From positions 49,031 to 113,030 of the forward strand of contig JAVZGN010000002.1 of NCBI GenBank assembly GCA_038872135.1: a DNA stretch of 64,000 nucleotides. The letters are read 5' to 3'. A program made the position numbers and the translations under genes. The notes beneath the pieces were generated by a model. The model was not told the DNA's origin. It did not search any database and was given only the letters and a program-made list of their open reading frames with translations. Below, piece by piece: positions 21,483 through 34,100 of this stretch (positions are counted from its first letter, which is position 1; each line of letters begins with the position of its first letter). The stretch is from Candidatus Hadarchaeales archaeon (GTDB taxonomy: Archaea > Hadarchaeota > Hadarchaeia > Hadarchaeales > Hadarchaeaceae).

Positions 21483-22640
21483 TTAATGAGAATATTTTTC
21501 CAGATATCTCTGATAACTCCTCTCTACCTTACTCGCTATAACATCAAAATCAAAAACTCTCTCGGCCCTCCTCCTCGCATTTCTCCCGAGCCTTTTTCTC
21601 AGGTTGCTATCAGAAAGAAGTTGATTTGCTGCTTCCGCTATTTGCTCGGAATTCCTCGGCTCAACGAGAATTCCGCAGTCGGGAGTGACAACTTCTGGAA
21701 TTCCTCCAGCTCTTGTGGCAATAATTGGATTTTCGCATGCCATCGCCTCTATCAGCACTATCCCAAACGGCTCCCACAGGGAGGGGAGGACAAAGAAATC
21801 GCTTGCAGAATAATACCGGATAAGCTCTGGTTCCGGGACAACTTCTGAAATAAACTTCACCCTTTTCTCAACGCCAACCTTCTCTGCGATGCCTTTGAGC
21901 CTCCCTAGTTCAGGCCCCCTCCCGATTATCACTGCCTTGAAATCCCCTTCGATCTCTTTTACCGCTCTAACCCAGTATTCGACTCCCTTCTGGGGGATGA
22001 GCCTGCAAACCGTGGTCGAGATGTGCTCACATCCCAGCTTCTCTTTGATATCGCTTTTAACCCTCCTGAATTTTTTTGTGTCCACACCATTGAAAATGAC
22101 CTCGGTTCTTTCCCTGGGGTATTCCTTTGGGAGGGTTATATCCAAAGTCCATCTGCTGTTAGCTATGATCCAGTCGCATCTGAGCATTATCTCCCTTCCC
22201 GCCAAGTCATCGTAAAGCTGGCCCCAGAAATCGATTTCCTCACTTATTCCAACTGGTCTCGCGTTGTGAAGGGTGAGAAAAAGAGGCACCCCAATCGATT
22301 TTTTCCAGAAGGCCACGGCGGCAAAGTTGAAAAAGAATCGATTGTGAAGATGAATTATGTCTGGCCGCTCCCTTTTGCATATCTCAGTCAGATTTTTCCT
22401 GAAGGAAAGCGGGACAGACAGCGGCGGAGGAAGGAATGCCGGAAGCTTTTTCAAAACCAGAGCCTTTAACCGGTAAATCCTCGTTCCTTCTACATCCTCT
22501 ATTTCTTTCGTGTTCGGGAGCCGTGAGGTCACAACACTCACTGAGTGTTTTTTGGAAAGCCTCTTGCACAGCTCGTAGAGATAGTTCTCTGTTCCCCCCT
22601 GGTAGGGGTAGAAGAATGGGTTTATGTGGAGGATTCTCAT
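21483..22640 (-). CDS. GT4 glycosyltransferase
   Basis: GGTE, NGVD, RLIPQKG, EPFGIVLIEAMAC. Confidence 0.92.
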   Translation of the reverse strand: MRILHINPFFYPYQGGTENYLYELCKRLSKKHSVSVVTSRLPNTKEIEDVEGTRIYRLKALVLKKLPAFLPPPLSVPLSFRKNLTEICKRERPDIIHLHNRFFFNFAAVAFWKKSIGVPLFLTLHNARPVGISEEIDFWGQLYDDLAGREIMLRCDWIIANSRWTLDITLPKEYPRERTEVIFNGVDTKKFRRVKSDIKEKLGCEHISTTVCRLIPQKGVEYWVRAVKEIEGDFKAVIIGRGPELGRLKGIAEKVGVEKRVKFISEVVPEPELIRYYSASDFFVLPSLWEPFGIVLIEAMACENPIIATRAGGIPEVVTPDCGILVEPRNSEQIAEAANQLLSDSNLRKRLGRNARRRAERVFDFDVIASKVERSYQRYLEKYSH

Positions 22641-22872
22641 GGGACCAAGATTCTCTCTATCCCCAGATTTTATGGGTTTGGGTAAATGGCAAGTGTAAAA
22701 TGAAGCTGGCCGAGCGGGGAAGAGGGGCGTGAAAAAATCACGTGTGGGCTGGGCTCGGCACAGCTTCGATTTCTCTCACCTACCTCACCTTAAAAATTTT
22801 ACTGTTCCATTTTTTGAGTCATTAAAAGATGGACATGATTTTAACCAAGACGGAGAAAGTATCTCCGATGAG

Positions 22873-23343
22873 ATGGAGATAGAGCTGGGTGGGATAGGGT
22901 TCTCGGCGGCTCATTTCGTGATTGGCCACACCAAGTGTGAGCATCTCCACGGCCACAACTGGAGCATTAAAGTCGTGGTAGATGGTTACGAGGATGAGCG
23001 GGGATTAATAGTTGATTTCATAGAGCTGAAAAAAATTTTAGCAGACATCTGCGCGGGGTTTGACCATCATCTCCTCCTTCCTACCAACAACCCATCTTTA
23101 GAAGTAGTGAAGAAGGCGGGGACAACGGAAGTTCACGTCCACGGCAGAAGATATGAGTTTCCCGATGAAGATATCGTTTGGGTGCCTGCAATCAACATCA
23201 CCGTTGAAGAGCTGGCAAGGGTGATAGCAGAAAAGCTGAAGGAAACCCTCAAAAAATATGAAAATGTCTACAGAATCACGGTTGAAGCTGAGGAGGCGAA
23301 GGGGGAGAGCGCTAGAGCAACCGTTGAGCTGAGGAGAACTTGA
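22873..23343 (+). CDS. queD: 6-carboxytetrahydropterin synthase (PTPS/QueD family)
   Basis: FSAAHF, CEHLHGHNW, VDF..LK, DH; start reassigned to MEIEL. Confidence 0.85.
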   Translation: MEIELGGIGFSAAHFVIGHTKCEHLHGHNWSIKVVVDGYEDERGLIVDFIELKKILADICAGFDHHLLLPTNNPSLEVVKKAGTTEVHVHGRRYEFPDEDIVWVPAINITVEELARVIAEKLKETLKKYENVYRITVEAEEAKGESARATVELRRT

Positions 23344-23344
23344 G

Positions 23345-23773
23345 ATGAGAAGTGGAGTTTATGTCCTTCTGATCCACGTCCCCTATTCCTTTTCAACGAA
23401 AGTTGGGGAGCTTGGGAACATTGAGTTTGAGCAAGGTTACTATGCATACATTGGCTCCGCGATGGGCGGTCTGGAGAAAAGAGTTGGGCGGCACATGAAG
23501 GGTGAAAAAAAGCTTCACTGGCACATAGACTATCTACTGCTCCACTCCCGCCCAGTGGATGTCTTCATCGCTGAGACCAACGAGAAGTGCGAGTGTAAAA
23601 TTGCTGAAGAGCTGTGCAGGAGATTCTCCTCAATCGAGGGATTTGGTTCAAGCGATTGTGGATGCAAAAGCCATCTGGTTTACTCCAAAGATCCAAATGA
23701 ACTCACAAAAAGCGTAATCTCCGCTTTCAAGAACGCTGGTCTCAAGCTGGAGAAGAGGGACAGATATGGTTAA
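23345..23773 (+). CDS. GIY-YIG (DUF123) nuclease-family protein
   Basis: GVYVL...YAYIGSA, HWHIDYL, FGSSDCGCKSHL. Confidence 0.88.
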   Translation: MRSGVYVLLIHVPYSFSTKVGELGNIEFEQGYYAYIGSAMGGLEKRVGRHMKGEKKLHWHIDYLLLHSRPVDVFIAETNEKCECKIAEELCRRFSSIEGFGSSDCGCKSHLVYSKDPNELTKSVISAFKNAGLKLEKRDRYG

Positions 23774-24377
23774 AAGCAGACGGAAGGACGAAGACGGATA
23801 CTATAGAATGGCTAAGAAGCTGGGATACCGCTCCCGGGCCGCATTTAAGCTTCTCCAGCTTGATGAACGGTATTCTTTGATTAAGAAGGGGGATGTCGTT
23901 GTAGATCTGGGAGCTGCTCCGGGGGGATGGATGCAGGTTGCCGCGGAGAAGGTTGGAAGCGCCGGCTTTGTCCTGGGAGTAGATGTGCAGCAGATAGAGA
24001 AATTCCCTGAACCAAATGTTGTAACACTCATCGCCGACATAACAAAAGAAAACACTGCTGCTGAGATATTGAAGATTCTCCCGCGGCAGGCAGATGTTGT
24101 TCTTTCAGATGTCTCTCCAAAGATCACCGGGGTGTGGAGCATAGATCATTCAAGGTCAATAGAGCTAACCAGAGCTTCAGTTGACATTGCAGAAAAAATC
24201 CTCGCCCCGGGCGGCAACATCCTCATGAAGGTCTTTCAGGGGGATCTCCTTCAGGATTTCCTGGCGGAGGTAAAAGAAAAATTCACATTTTTTAAGGCTT
24301 CTAAACCGAGAGCTTCAAGAAAAGAGAGCGCAGAGGTTTATTTAATCGGAAAGGGGTTCATTTCAACTAATAACTGA
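23766..24377 (+). CDS. rlmE: 23S rRNA 2'-O-methyltransferase (FtsJ/RlmE)
   Basis: YRSRAAFKL, DLGAAPGGW, VLSD, KVFQG, SAEVY. Confidence 0.95.
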   Translation: MVKSRRKDEDGYYRMAKKLGYRSRAAFKLLQLDERYSLIKKGDVVVDLGAAPGGWMQVAAEKVGSAGFVLGVDVQQIEKFPEPNVVTLIADITKENTAAEILKILPRQADVVLSDVSPKITGVWSIDHSRSIELTRASVDIAEKILAPGGNILMKVFQGDLLQDFLAEVKEKFTFFKASKPRASRKESAEVYLIGKGFISTNN

Positions 24378-24387
24378 TGAAAAAATT

Positions 24388-25026
24388 TTATTCCTGCTCC
24401 CGTTTCAAAGCTTTTGCCACTTCCTCCACAGTTTTCGCCGTCACTGCCGCCAGCTTCCTTTCAAGGCTGTCAACAAACCTGCTCGCCGGAGCCCCAAGCT
24501 GCCAGAGATCGACATAGGCCTGAACTATTGGAACCACACCATTCTCGCTCATCGCCCTCAAGTGCTCGTCCTGTTCTAGCACAAAGATGTTTCTCTTTTT
24601 TGCTCGGCTCGGGCGGAACTTCCTCTCAACCAACTCTGAGTTTGCGTAGACGAAAACCTGGGAGTATTCTGCTGGTGTTACACCAAAAGTGAACCTGTAG
24701 GCGGAATAAGCGGTGAGCTGACCGATTTTTCTCAGCTCCTCCTCAATTTTCTCGACCTTGGCCGGCGAAAATGTCGTGTATCTGATATCCTTGCCAAGCT
24801 CTCTCGTGGCCGCCCAGTAGAGGAGGAGCCGCTTCGGGTCGACAAGCCTGAAGCCTAGGGGTCGCCTCTCAACTGCCCCTATCTGTTCAAACTTTATGAT
24901 GATTGGATTAACTGTCCCCAGCGAGAGGGAGCAGGTTTTAGCGATGCTCTTCTGGTTGAAAAACCTTATGCCCTGGGAGTAGTACCTATGGAGAATTTCT
25001 CTCATCACACGGTCGATTTTTCTCAT
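24388..25026 (-). CDS. Winged-helix regulator with AbiEi-like C-terminal domain
   Basis: N-terminal HTH NQKSIAKTCSLSLGTVN; LLYWA; TAYSAY; VPIVQAYVDLW. Confidence 0.65.
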   Translation of the reverse strand: MRKIDRVMREILHRYYSQGIRFFNQKSIAKTCSLSLGTVNPIIIKFEQIGAVERRPLGFRLVDPKRLLLYWAATRELGKDIRYTTFSPAKVEKIEEELRKIGQLTAYSAYRFTFGVTPAEYSQVFVYANSELVERKFRPSRAKKRNIFVLEQDEHLRAMSENGVVPIVQAYVDLWQLGAPASRFVDSLERKLAAVTAKTVEEVAKALKREQE

Positions 25027-25031
25027 GTTAC

Positions 25032-25078
25032 CGATTATAAGTCACATATTTTATTTATATTTGTTTCGCTTATAATCG
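25032..25078. promoter_or_regulatory. Perfect 10-bp inverted repeat around an AT-rich TATA-like core (candidate operator)
   Basis: CGATTATAAG (25032-25041), 27-bp spacer containing TTTATTTATATT, CTTATAATCG (25069-25078). Confidence 0.65.
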
Positions 25079-25141
25079 AAACTTTTCCCTAAGGAAAAAC
25101 CGGCGAAAGTTGAAAGGTGGCATAGGTCTCTTTGAAAAGCT

Positions 25142-28100
25142 ATGGTGGCCACCATAGGCAAATTTAGAGATGGGGATTGGCCCCCTGCCAACTATTCTGG
25201 GACAGTTGAAGACAGGCGGGGGGCCCACTCTCCCCAATCCCGAATCACTAATGCTAAATTAAATGACGTTCCTTTATCTGAAAAAGCCCTTTCTATATCC
25301 ATGGTGATTTTAATTCTCCTCTCAACATTTTCCCCAATGCTTCATCTGCCGCTGGCTTCTGCCGGAAGTCTAGTCGATAATTCAACGGAAAACTTTGCTC
25401 TGGGAGTCCACGAGAACACAGAAAACATCGCAAATAGGATAAGGCTCAAATCTGGGTACACTTCCGGCCAGTTCACCTCTCAGATTTTCGATGCTGGCGT
25501 CTGGGCCCATTGGGAGACCATGAACTGGGTGGAGAACGAGCCATTCCTACTTATCCAAGAGAATGACGATGTGGGGGCCGAGCCGGAAACTCTGGCTGAC
25601 GGAAGTTTGAGAAGAGGAGAGATCCTAGGCGGTTCGATCACAGATGTGAGGGTGTTGGACGGAGTTTATGAAAACATTGGGGAGAACACCGAGGACAACT
25701 GTCTGAATTGGGAACACAAGATCGAGAACATTACCTTCGGCTTTGAGAACTATGTGTTGAAGATCAGGGGATACACTGGAGGGGATTATGAGAATGTAGG
25801 CATTTACATCTGGGAAAATCAAGGAGCAACATGGGGGTGGAGGTTTATCGACAATTTAACCTCCACCGAAAAGACAATCGAGTGGACAATTCCCAGAACT
25901 TCCATAGAAAATTACTTAGTCAGCGGCGCTATTTTAATCAGATATTTCGAAAACAACACCGATGCCACTCAGACTTGGGTTGTCGTCGATCTCTGCATCC
26001 TCTCTGGGGAGAACAGGATTTTTTCAGAAGTGAAGATTCAGGTTAGGGTTAGCTCAGACAACGTGGTGTGGACTGGGTGGGCTGGCCCAAGCGGAGACGA
26101 CACAACATTTTTCACTTCTTCCCCGGCAAATCTCACACCAATTCTCGACAGAAGATATATCCAGTACAGAGTTTACTTCACCAGTCCCTCTCCATCCCTC
26201 AGCGGAGGAGATGGGCCAACTTTCGGTGAGGTGGTGATAAACTACTCCCCGGTCAGCCCACCATCTCTTCAATCGCCCTCCAATGGCTCCTGGACAAACG
26301 ACAACACCCCAACATTTGATTGGAGTGATGTAGAGGATGCCACAGAATATCATCTTCTGGTGGACAACGACTCCAACTTTTCATCCCCAGAGATAAATGT
26401 CTTAGTGGCCTCAAGCCAATTCACCTCAGCCACCGAGCTGCCAGATGCAACATACTACTGGAAGGTCAGAGCAAAAGTTGGCAGCGACCTCTCAACCGCC
26501 TTCTCCGCACCCTGGACGGTCAACATCGCCACAGCTCCACCGACCCCACCATCTCTCATCTCGCCGGACAACGATGTTACCCTCTTCGTCGACCAGCCAC
26601 TCTTCAGATGGACCATCTCAACTGGCGTGGGTGCAATTACCTACTGGCTTGTCATAGACAATGATCAGGATTTCTCCTCCCCGATCTACAACAAAACTGG
26701 AATCTCGGAGAACTCTCATGTAATTGAAAACAAACTTCCGGAGAACTTCACTCCCTACTACTGGAAGGTTGCCGCAGTGGACAACATCGGAAACCTGAGC
26801 TGGTCTGAGTGGAGGAAGTTTGAACTGAAGGTTTTCCCGTCTTCAGTTGTCGGCCAGATCTCTCCCTACTGGCAAACAGCGCCTGTAAGCATCTCAGTGA
26901 CGGCAAGTGACAACGATGGAACAATTGAAAATGTCGAGCTGTGGTACAGGTACTCGGTGGACAACTCTGAGTGGGGCCCGTGGACCTTTTATGAAAACCG
27001 CTCCTCCCCGCCCTACTCCTTTACCTTCAACTTCCCAAATGGCCAGGGCCTTTATGAGTTTTACTCGATAGCCTGGGACTCTCGCGGGAACCGGGAAAAT
27101 ACCCCGCCGACCCCGGACACTGCCTGTGGATTTGACAACGCTGCCCCGCCCGCCCCAACTCTGATTCAGCCGGAAAACGATGCTGTGATCGAAACACGGA
27201 AACCAACTTTCCGGTGGACCTCTGTGACCGATCTCTCCGGCGTCACCTACAATTTGATTGTGGATAACGAAAATACTCTAGCTCCCCCACATATTTACTT
27301 TAAGACAGGAATAACGGAAAACTCTCACACAACAGAAAACTCTCTCGACATTGGGGTATATTGGTGGAAGATTGTAGCGAGGGATGCTGTGGGAAATGAA
27401 AATTCTGAGAATGTTTTTATCTTCACGCTTAGACTCTGGAACAACGTTGAGAGATGGTCTGGGGTGATAAAAACAATTTCTGGGTGGATGACAGCCGAAG
27501 TTTGGTCTGTAACAATAAATGCACCTTATGGTGTTTATGGATATCTGCTTGTAGAAGAATGGTCGGCTGTTGTTAATGCTCCACCACCTGTTTTCACAAT
27601 TGTAGAGAGCTGGACTACCACTGTTGCTAGTGAAATCTCTGAATGGAAAGTTGTGGAATCATGGACGGCCAGCATCGGGAGTGGTGGGGGATGGATGCTA
27701 GCAGAGAGTTGGATGAGTACAGTGACGGCTCTCCCGCATATTGGGTGGTCGCAGGTTGAAACCTGGAGTTTCACAGCGGTAACACTTGCAAGATGGGAAC
27801 TCGTAGAGGGATGGAATGCTTCAATCACGGCTGCTGCGTATCTCGGCTGGCCGCAGGTAGAAATGTGGTCGGTGACAGTAGATGCCCTCCCCTATGTTGA
27901 ATGGGTGCAAGCTGAGATCTGGGCGGAAACATTGACAACCTCAGCCCAATGGTTTGTATGTGAGAGCTTCGCTGCGGATATCGTCGCTAATGTGGTCTCG
28001 GGATGGACATTTGTGGAAACTTGGACCCCCACCCTAACCTCGGTAGTGTTGAGTGGATGGACACTGGACGAAAGCTGGATTGCTACGATTACCGCGGAGA

Positions 28101-31100
28101 TCCTTCAACCGGTTCTCCTCCTGCCCCTAGACGGGGAGAACACCAACAACACAAACCCAACTTTCGACTGGGAGGACAACACCCTCCCGATAGACAACTT
28201 CGAGATTCAGATAGACGATGACCAGGACTTCTCGCCCCCGCTTGTGAGATGGGAAAACACTGGGGCGACGAGCCAGTACAGCCCCGGCTTCCTTCCTGAT
28301 AACCTCTACTGGTGGAGGGTTAGGATGTGGAGGGGAGGGGTGCCGGGGGCCTGGGCTCAGAGAACTGTAAGAGTTGATACACTGCCACCAGAGAAACCAT
28401 CTCTCCTCTCCCCCCTAGATGGAGAAAACGAAAATGACAGCGCACCTAATCTCCGGTGGAGCGCCCCGCCCGAGAACTCCTTCCCGCTCACTTATTTTGT
28501 CCAAATCTCCAACTCCAAATACTTCGAGCCGGAAAACATTGCCACAAGCGCTTGGGTGATGGAAGAGAACTGGGAGGTGCCACCGGTGCTTCAGGAGAAT
28601 GTATGGTACTGGTGGAGGGTGCTTGTGAAAGACAATGCTGGAAACACAGGGGACTATTCATCTGCCAGAAAATTCAAGATAGACACCATAGCACCGCCAC
28701 CGCCCACCGTCATCTGGCCGGAGAACGACGGGTGGACGACTACCCTGCCGAACCTAGACTGGGCGCCGGTGGTTGAAAATTCCCTCCCGGTGGTCTACTT
28801 CGGAGAAATTTCACTTTTCCCAGACTTCTCCGGCAGCCCGCTCAGAACCATTTCAACGCTGGACGACAACTGGAGCGTTTCACCGGAACTCTCAGAGGGC
28901 ACATACTTCTGGAGGCTTAAGGTCAGGGACAATGCAGGGAACTTGGGAAGCTGGTCGCAGGGATTTGTCTTCAAAGTTGACAACACGCCACCAACCGCAC
29001 CACAGCCACCCTTCACGCCACCAAACAACGGCTCAGCGCCCACTGGGTTGGTTCAATTCCAGTGGGCGGCGGCCTCCGACAGTGGCTCGGGCGTTGCAAA
29101 ATACGCGATTCAGATAGATGATGAACCTAACTTCAACCCACCGCTTGTGCATGAAAATGACAACGTTGTTGGAACTGCATACTCTTGCCTACTTGAATTT
29201 CCGAAGACATATTACTGGAAGGTAAAAGCCATTGATAACGTTGGCAACGAAGGGGAGTGGTCTGAGACCCTCAGTTTCTTTGCCACCACCGTCTGGAGGT
29301 CCATTGAGAGCTGGACGGGCACAATAGCTACCTCTGCCGCCTATCAACAGGCCGAGTCTTGGGTAGCCACCATCATAACTGTTGCTCAGTGGACGCCAAT
29401 TGAATTTTGTGTAGGAACGATCGCCACCAGCGCTTCCTGGAAGTCTGTTGAGAGCTGGACGGCAACAATAACCACTACAGCCACATGGCAGTTTACTGAA
29501 ACATGGAGTGGTATAATTGCTACCGCAGCTGCTTGGCGGTTTGCTGAGACATGGGCTGGTACAATTGCTACTGCTGCTCAGTGGCAGCTAGTTGAATCAT
29601 GGCAGGTAACCATTACAACATCGGCTCAGTGGCAGGTTGTCGAGAGTTGGACTGGAACGATAACGACTTCTGCTTCATGGCAGCAGGTTGAATCGTGGAC
29701 TGCCACAATCGCTACTGCGGCCGTCTGGCAGGTTGTTGAATCCTGGATATGCACGATAAAGGTTGGTGGAGAATGGAAACTAGCAGAAAGCTGGTCCGTT
29801 AATATTGCCCCGCCTGCCGACTGGAACTACATTGAAACTTGGGCGGCAAAAATTATCGCTATCATTCCCGCTCCAATCCCAGTTTCCCCGCGTAATGGAG
29901 AGAACAAAAACACGCTTCCAACCCTCCGCTGGGACAACCTTCTCCCTGCAGACAACTTCCAGCTCCAGATAGACAACAACCCAGACTTTTCCTCACCAGA
30001 AAACGACCTTACAGTCTTTGAGAACTTCTACACACCGCCAGCCCTCCAAGACAACCTCTGGTACTGGAGAGTTAGGACATTCAGGAACAACGAGAACTCT
30101 GCTTGGTCCACTGTGTGGAAGTTCAGGATCGACAGGCTTGCTCCTGGAAAACCTGTGCTCGTTTCACCGAGCGATGGGGAGAACATCAACGACAACACTC
30201 CACTCTTCCGCTGGCAGGCCCCACCAGAAAACTCCTTCCCGCTCGTCTACACCATCCAGATATCCACAACTTCAACATTCGCTCCCGGAACATACAACGA
30301 GTTCGCCGTTACCTCTTACGAGCAGGAAGTGGGCTGGATGGTTCCGCAAGAAAACCCCTTGGCCGACAACATCTACTACTGGAGGGTAAAGGCAAGAGAC
30401 AACGCAGGCAACGAGGGAGCATTCTCTACACCCAGAAAGTTCAGGGTTGACACTGTTTCGCCAGTCATTACCCTCATCTCGCCGGCAAACGGTGAAACCG
30501 TCAGCTCGAGACCAACTCTGAGCTGGTCCCTCGTTTATGCCGAAAATACCTTGCCCGTCGTCTATAACGCTTTGATCTCTGACACCAGCACCTTCGAATT
30601 CAGCTATGAAAATGTGAAAATAACCGAGAACTCATACACCACCCAGCCACTCGACGAAAGCGTTGGAACATATTACTGGAAGGTTTGCGCATGGGACAAT
30701 GCAGGAAACTGGAGCGGATGGTCCGAGACGAGGTGGTTCACAGTCAGAACTGCGTGGAGACAGGCTGAGAGCTGGAACCTCATGCTGACTACTTCTAGCC
30801 AGTGGAATCTGGCTGAAAGCTGGTCTGCCGCTGCTACGACTTCGGCCGAGTGGAGACAAGTTGAAGCATGGGGTACAGTGCTCAGTACAACTGCTAAGTG
30901 GTCGCAGGTTGAAACATGGCAAGCAACAATGGTCGCTTCTGCTAGCTGGCAACAGGTTGATGGCTGGGCTGTAACTCTAATAACCGCCGCAAACTGGCTC
31001 CTCGCTGAAACATGGCAGGGGATTGCAACGACTACCGCAAAGTGGTTCTCAACAGAATCTTGGACAGGGGCAGTAGCCACTGTCTCTATCTGGCAAACTA

Positions 31101-34100
31101 TAGAGAACTGGTGGGCTATGGTAACTGCTCCAGTTTATCATGGATGGATTAACGCTGAAAGTTGGAGCGGATACGTATCGTCTGGGGGTGGCTGGGTCCC
31201 CGCCGAATTCTGGAGCGCAACTATCGAAGGATGGGCTTTTTGGAAGATTGTTGAAAGCTGGTCAGACACGATAAACGCTAGCGCAGGTTGGAAAACCACT
31301 GAAACATGGCAAGTTCAAATATACTCGCCAATCCCAGCACCTGTTCTCATCTTCCCGCCAGATGGCTATAACTTCAGCCCAAGTGTCGGAGAGCTTGTGC
31401 TTAAGTGGGACAACTCGCAGCCGGCAGACAACTTTGAGATTCAAATAGACAACGATTTCGACTTTTCTTCCCCAGAAGTAGACGATTTCACCTCTACCGA
31501 AAACTTTGTGGTCCCGTCCCTGCCTGACAACCTCTACTGGTGGAGAGTAAGGACCTTCAGAACTGGCGAGAATTCTCAGTGGTCCGAGGTTTGGAGGTTC
31601 CGCATCGATAACATTCCCCCAGCTGTTCCTTCCCTCCTCGCTCCTTCAGAAGGGGAGAACATCAACGATAACACTCCGCTTCTTAGGTGGCAGGCCCCGC
31701 CCGAGAACTCCTTCCCGCTCAGATATAGGGTTCAGGTTGCTACCGACAAATTCTTCACAAACATTGTGAGGGAGGCTCTCTGGACGGTCACGGCGGAGAA
31801 CTGGGAGATCCCGGCCGAAAACTCGCTGCCAGACAACATGTACTACTGGAGAGTCGCGGCAAAAGATAACGCGGGCAACTACAGCATGTTCTCCTCCTAT
31901 AGAAGCTTCAGGGTCGACACCCTCAAGCCCGCGGTTCCATCTCTCACTTCTCCACCCCATGGAGCTTGGATCGCCTTCCCATCTCTCACGTGGAGCAAAG
32001 TAACCGATATCTCTCTCCCGCTTCTCTATAACCTTCAGATAGCCTATGACAACGACTTCTCCCATCTCGTTGTGAACGTGGAGCTTCTGGATAACTCCTG
32101 GAGCGGGCCACTGGATGAGGGGTTATACTGGTGGAAAGTTCAGGCGAAAGATGGAGCCGGCAACCTGAGCGGATGGTCGGAAAACCGGAAGTTCATCGTT
32201 GACAACGCCCCGCCGACAAAGCCGGTTCTCTCTACACCTGAAAACAGCACAGATGTGAATATAGGGACAATAACATTTGGATGGCAGGCTTCTGATCCTG
32301 GAGCTGGAATTTCAAAATACTGGATTCAGATAGATAATGAACCTGACTTTGATAACACCTTTTTCGTGCACGAAAATCAGATGGTCACAGAAAATACCTA
32401 TCAGTACATCATCTCAGTGAGCGGAAGATATTATTGGAGGGTAAGGGCAATAGACGGGGCTGGAAACATCGGTGAATGGTCGGACAACTGGAACTTCTTC
32501 GTATATGGCTGGAGCTCCATTGAAAGCTGGATGGCAATGATCAGTGGGCCGAGCCAGTGGAGAAATGTTGAGAGCTGGAATGCAACTATCAAAACTAGGG
32601 CTTATATCTGGGAAAAGCTGGAGAACTGGAGCGCCAGCATTCAGGCCCCATTTTTGGCAGGGTGGAGTTTTGTGGAAAGCTGGCAGGTAGAATTCATTTC
32701 CGTTACAGTATCTTGGAGAGGTGTTGAAAGCTGGAGAGCGATTATAACTGGAAGAGTGATTGCTCCGGTACTTCTCTCCCCCTCGAATGGCCTGAACACA
32801 TCTCAGAACCCACTCACATTCAGGTGGGAGAATGTCCATCTCGCTGACAACTACAGGATCCAGATAGATAACAAGTCCCCGGTGGTTGCTTACGAAAATG
32901 ACAATGTGGGGGCCGAGCCGGAAACCCTGGTTGACGGAAGCTTGAGAAGAGGAGAGATCCTAGGCGGCTCGATCACAGATGTAATGGTTCTGGACGGAGT
33001 TTATGAAAATATTGGAGAGAACACCGAGGACAACTGTCTGAATTGGGAACACAAGATCGAGAACATTACCTCCGGCTTTGAGAACTATGTGTTGAAAATT
33101 AAGGGATACACTGAAGGAGACAATGAAAACATCTTTGTGTACATCTGGGAGAATGACTTTGGGACTTGGAGATGGCGAGAAATTGGAACCATCACCTCAA
33201 ATGAAACAACAATCGTCTGGGAAATGAAATACACAAACATCGAGAAATATTTGATGGATGGCTCGATTTATGTCAGATATCTTGAAAACACTCCAGACTT
33301 GGTGCAAACGGTTCTTCACATAGATCTCTGCGTGCTGATGGAAAATCTCGAGAATCTGACTCCACCATTTTTAGTTGACGCAACGAGCACTGACAACTTC
33401 TACACCTACACATTCCCCGAGAATGGGAGATACTGGTGGAGAGTAATGGCAATGGTCCAGGGGATTGTCGGAGATTGGTCAAACATCTGGACGGTTCGAG
33501 CCGATACTGTTGCTCCACAGCCGCCAATCCTGATATCCCCAATCCACCATGAAAATGTTAATGATACTACTCCACTTCTCCGCTGGCAGGCCCCGCCCGA
33601 GAATTCTCTTCCCGTGAAATTCTTTGTTCAGGTAGCAACCGATCCAACATTCAATACTATCATTAGAGAAAACTGGGTTGTTGGAGAGCAATGGGAGGTG
33701 TATCCGCCACTACAGGAAAATGTTTACTACTGGATGGTGCTTGCGGTTGACAATGCAGGAAATTCCAGTCCTCCCTCTCCAACCTGGGAGTTTAGGGTTG
33801 ACATAACATCTCCCGCCACGCCTGAACCCAAAGCCCCCCGTGATGGAGAAAATCTGAATGACAACACCCCAGAACTAGTGTGGACTAGTGTTTGGGATGA
33901 TTCTCGGCCAGTAGTCTATCGCATTCAAGTAGCTTATGATGAGGCATTCCAGTTTATGGTTCCTGGATGCGATGTTTATGTCTATGAAAACACTTGGACA
34001 ACTCCCGAGCTTCCCAGCGAGAGAGTGTATCGATGGAGAGTCAAGGCCATAGACAATGCTGGAAATGAAAGTGGATGGTCTCCAACTCAAAGATTCAGGT

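Noticed and set aside
29294-29865. 48-bp periodicity as a CRISPR array
   Set aside because: The repeat is conserved at protein level with degenerate codons, there is no constant repeat/unique spacer pattern, and no cas genes are present.
25559-33154. 261-bp repeat pair as a diversity-generating retroelement template/variable pair
   Set aside because: Differences are mostly synonymous and not confined to adenines, both copies are in-frame coding, and no reverse transcriptase is in the window.
32894-33360. Inserted domain as an intein
   Set aside because: No N-terminal Cys/Ser block, no C-terminal His-Asn and no LAGLIDADG motifs.
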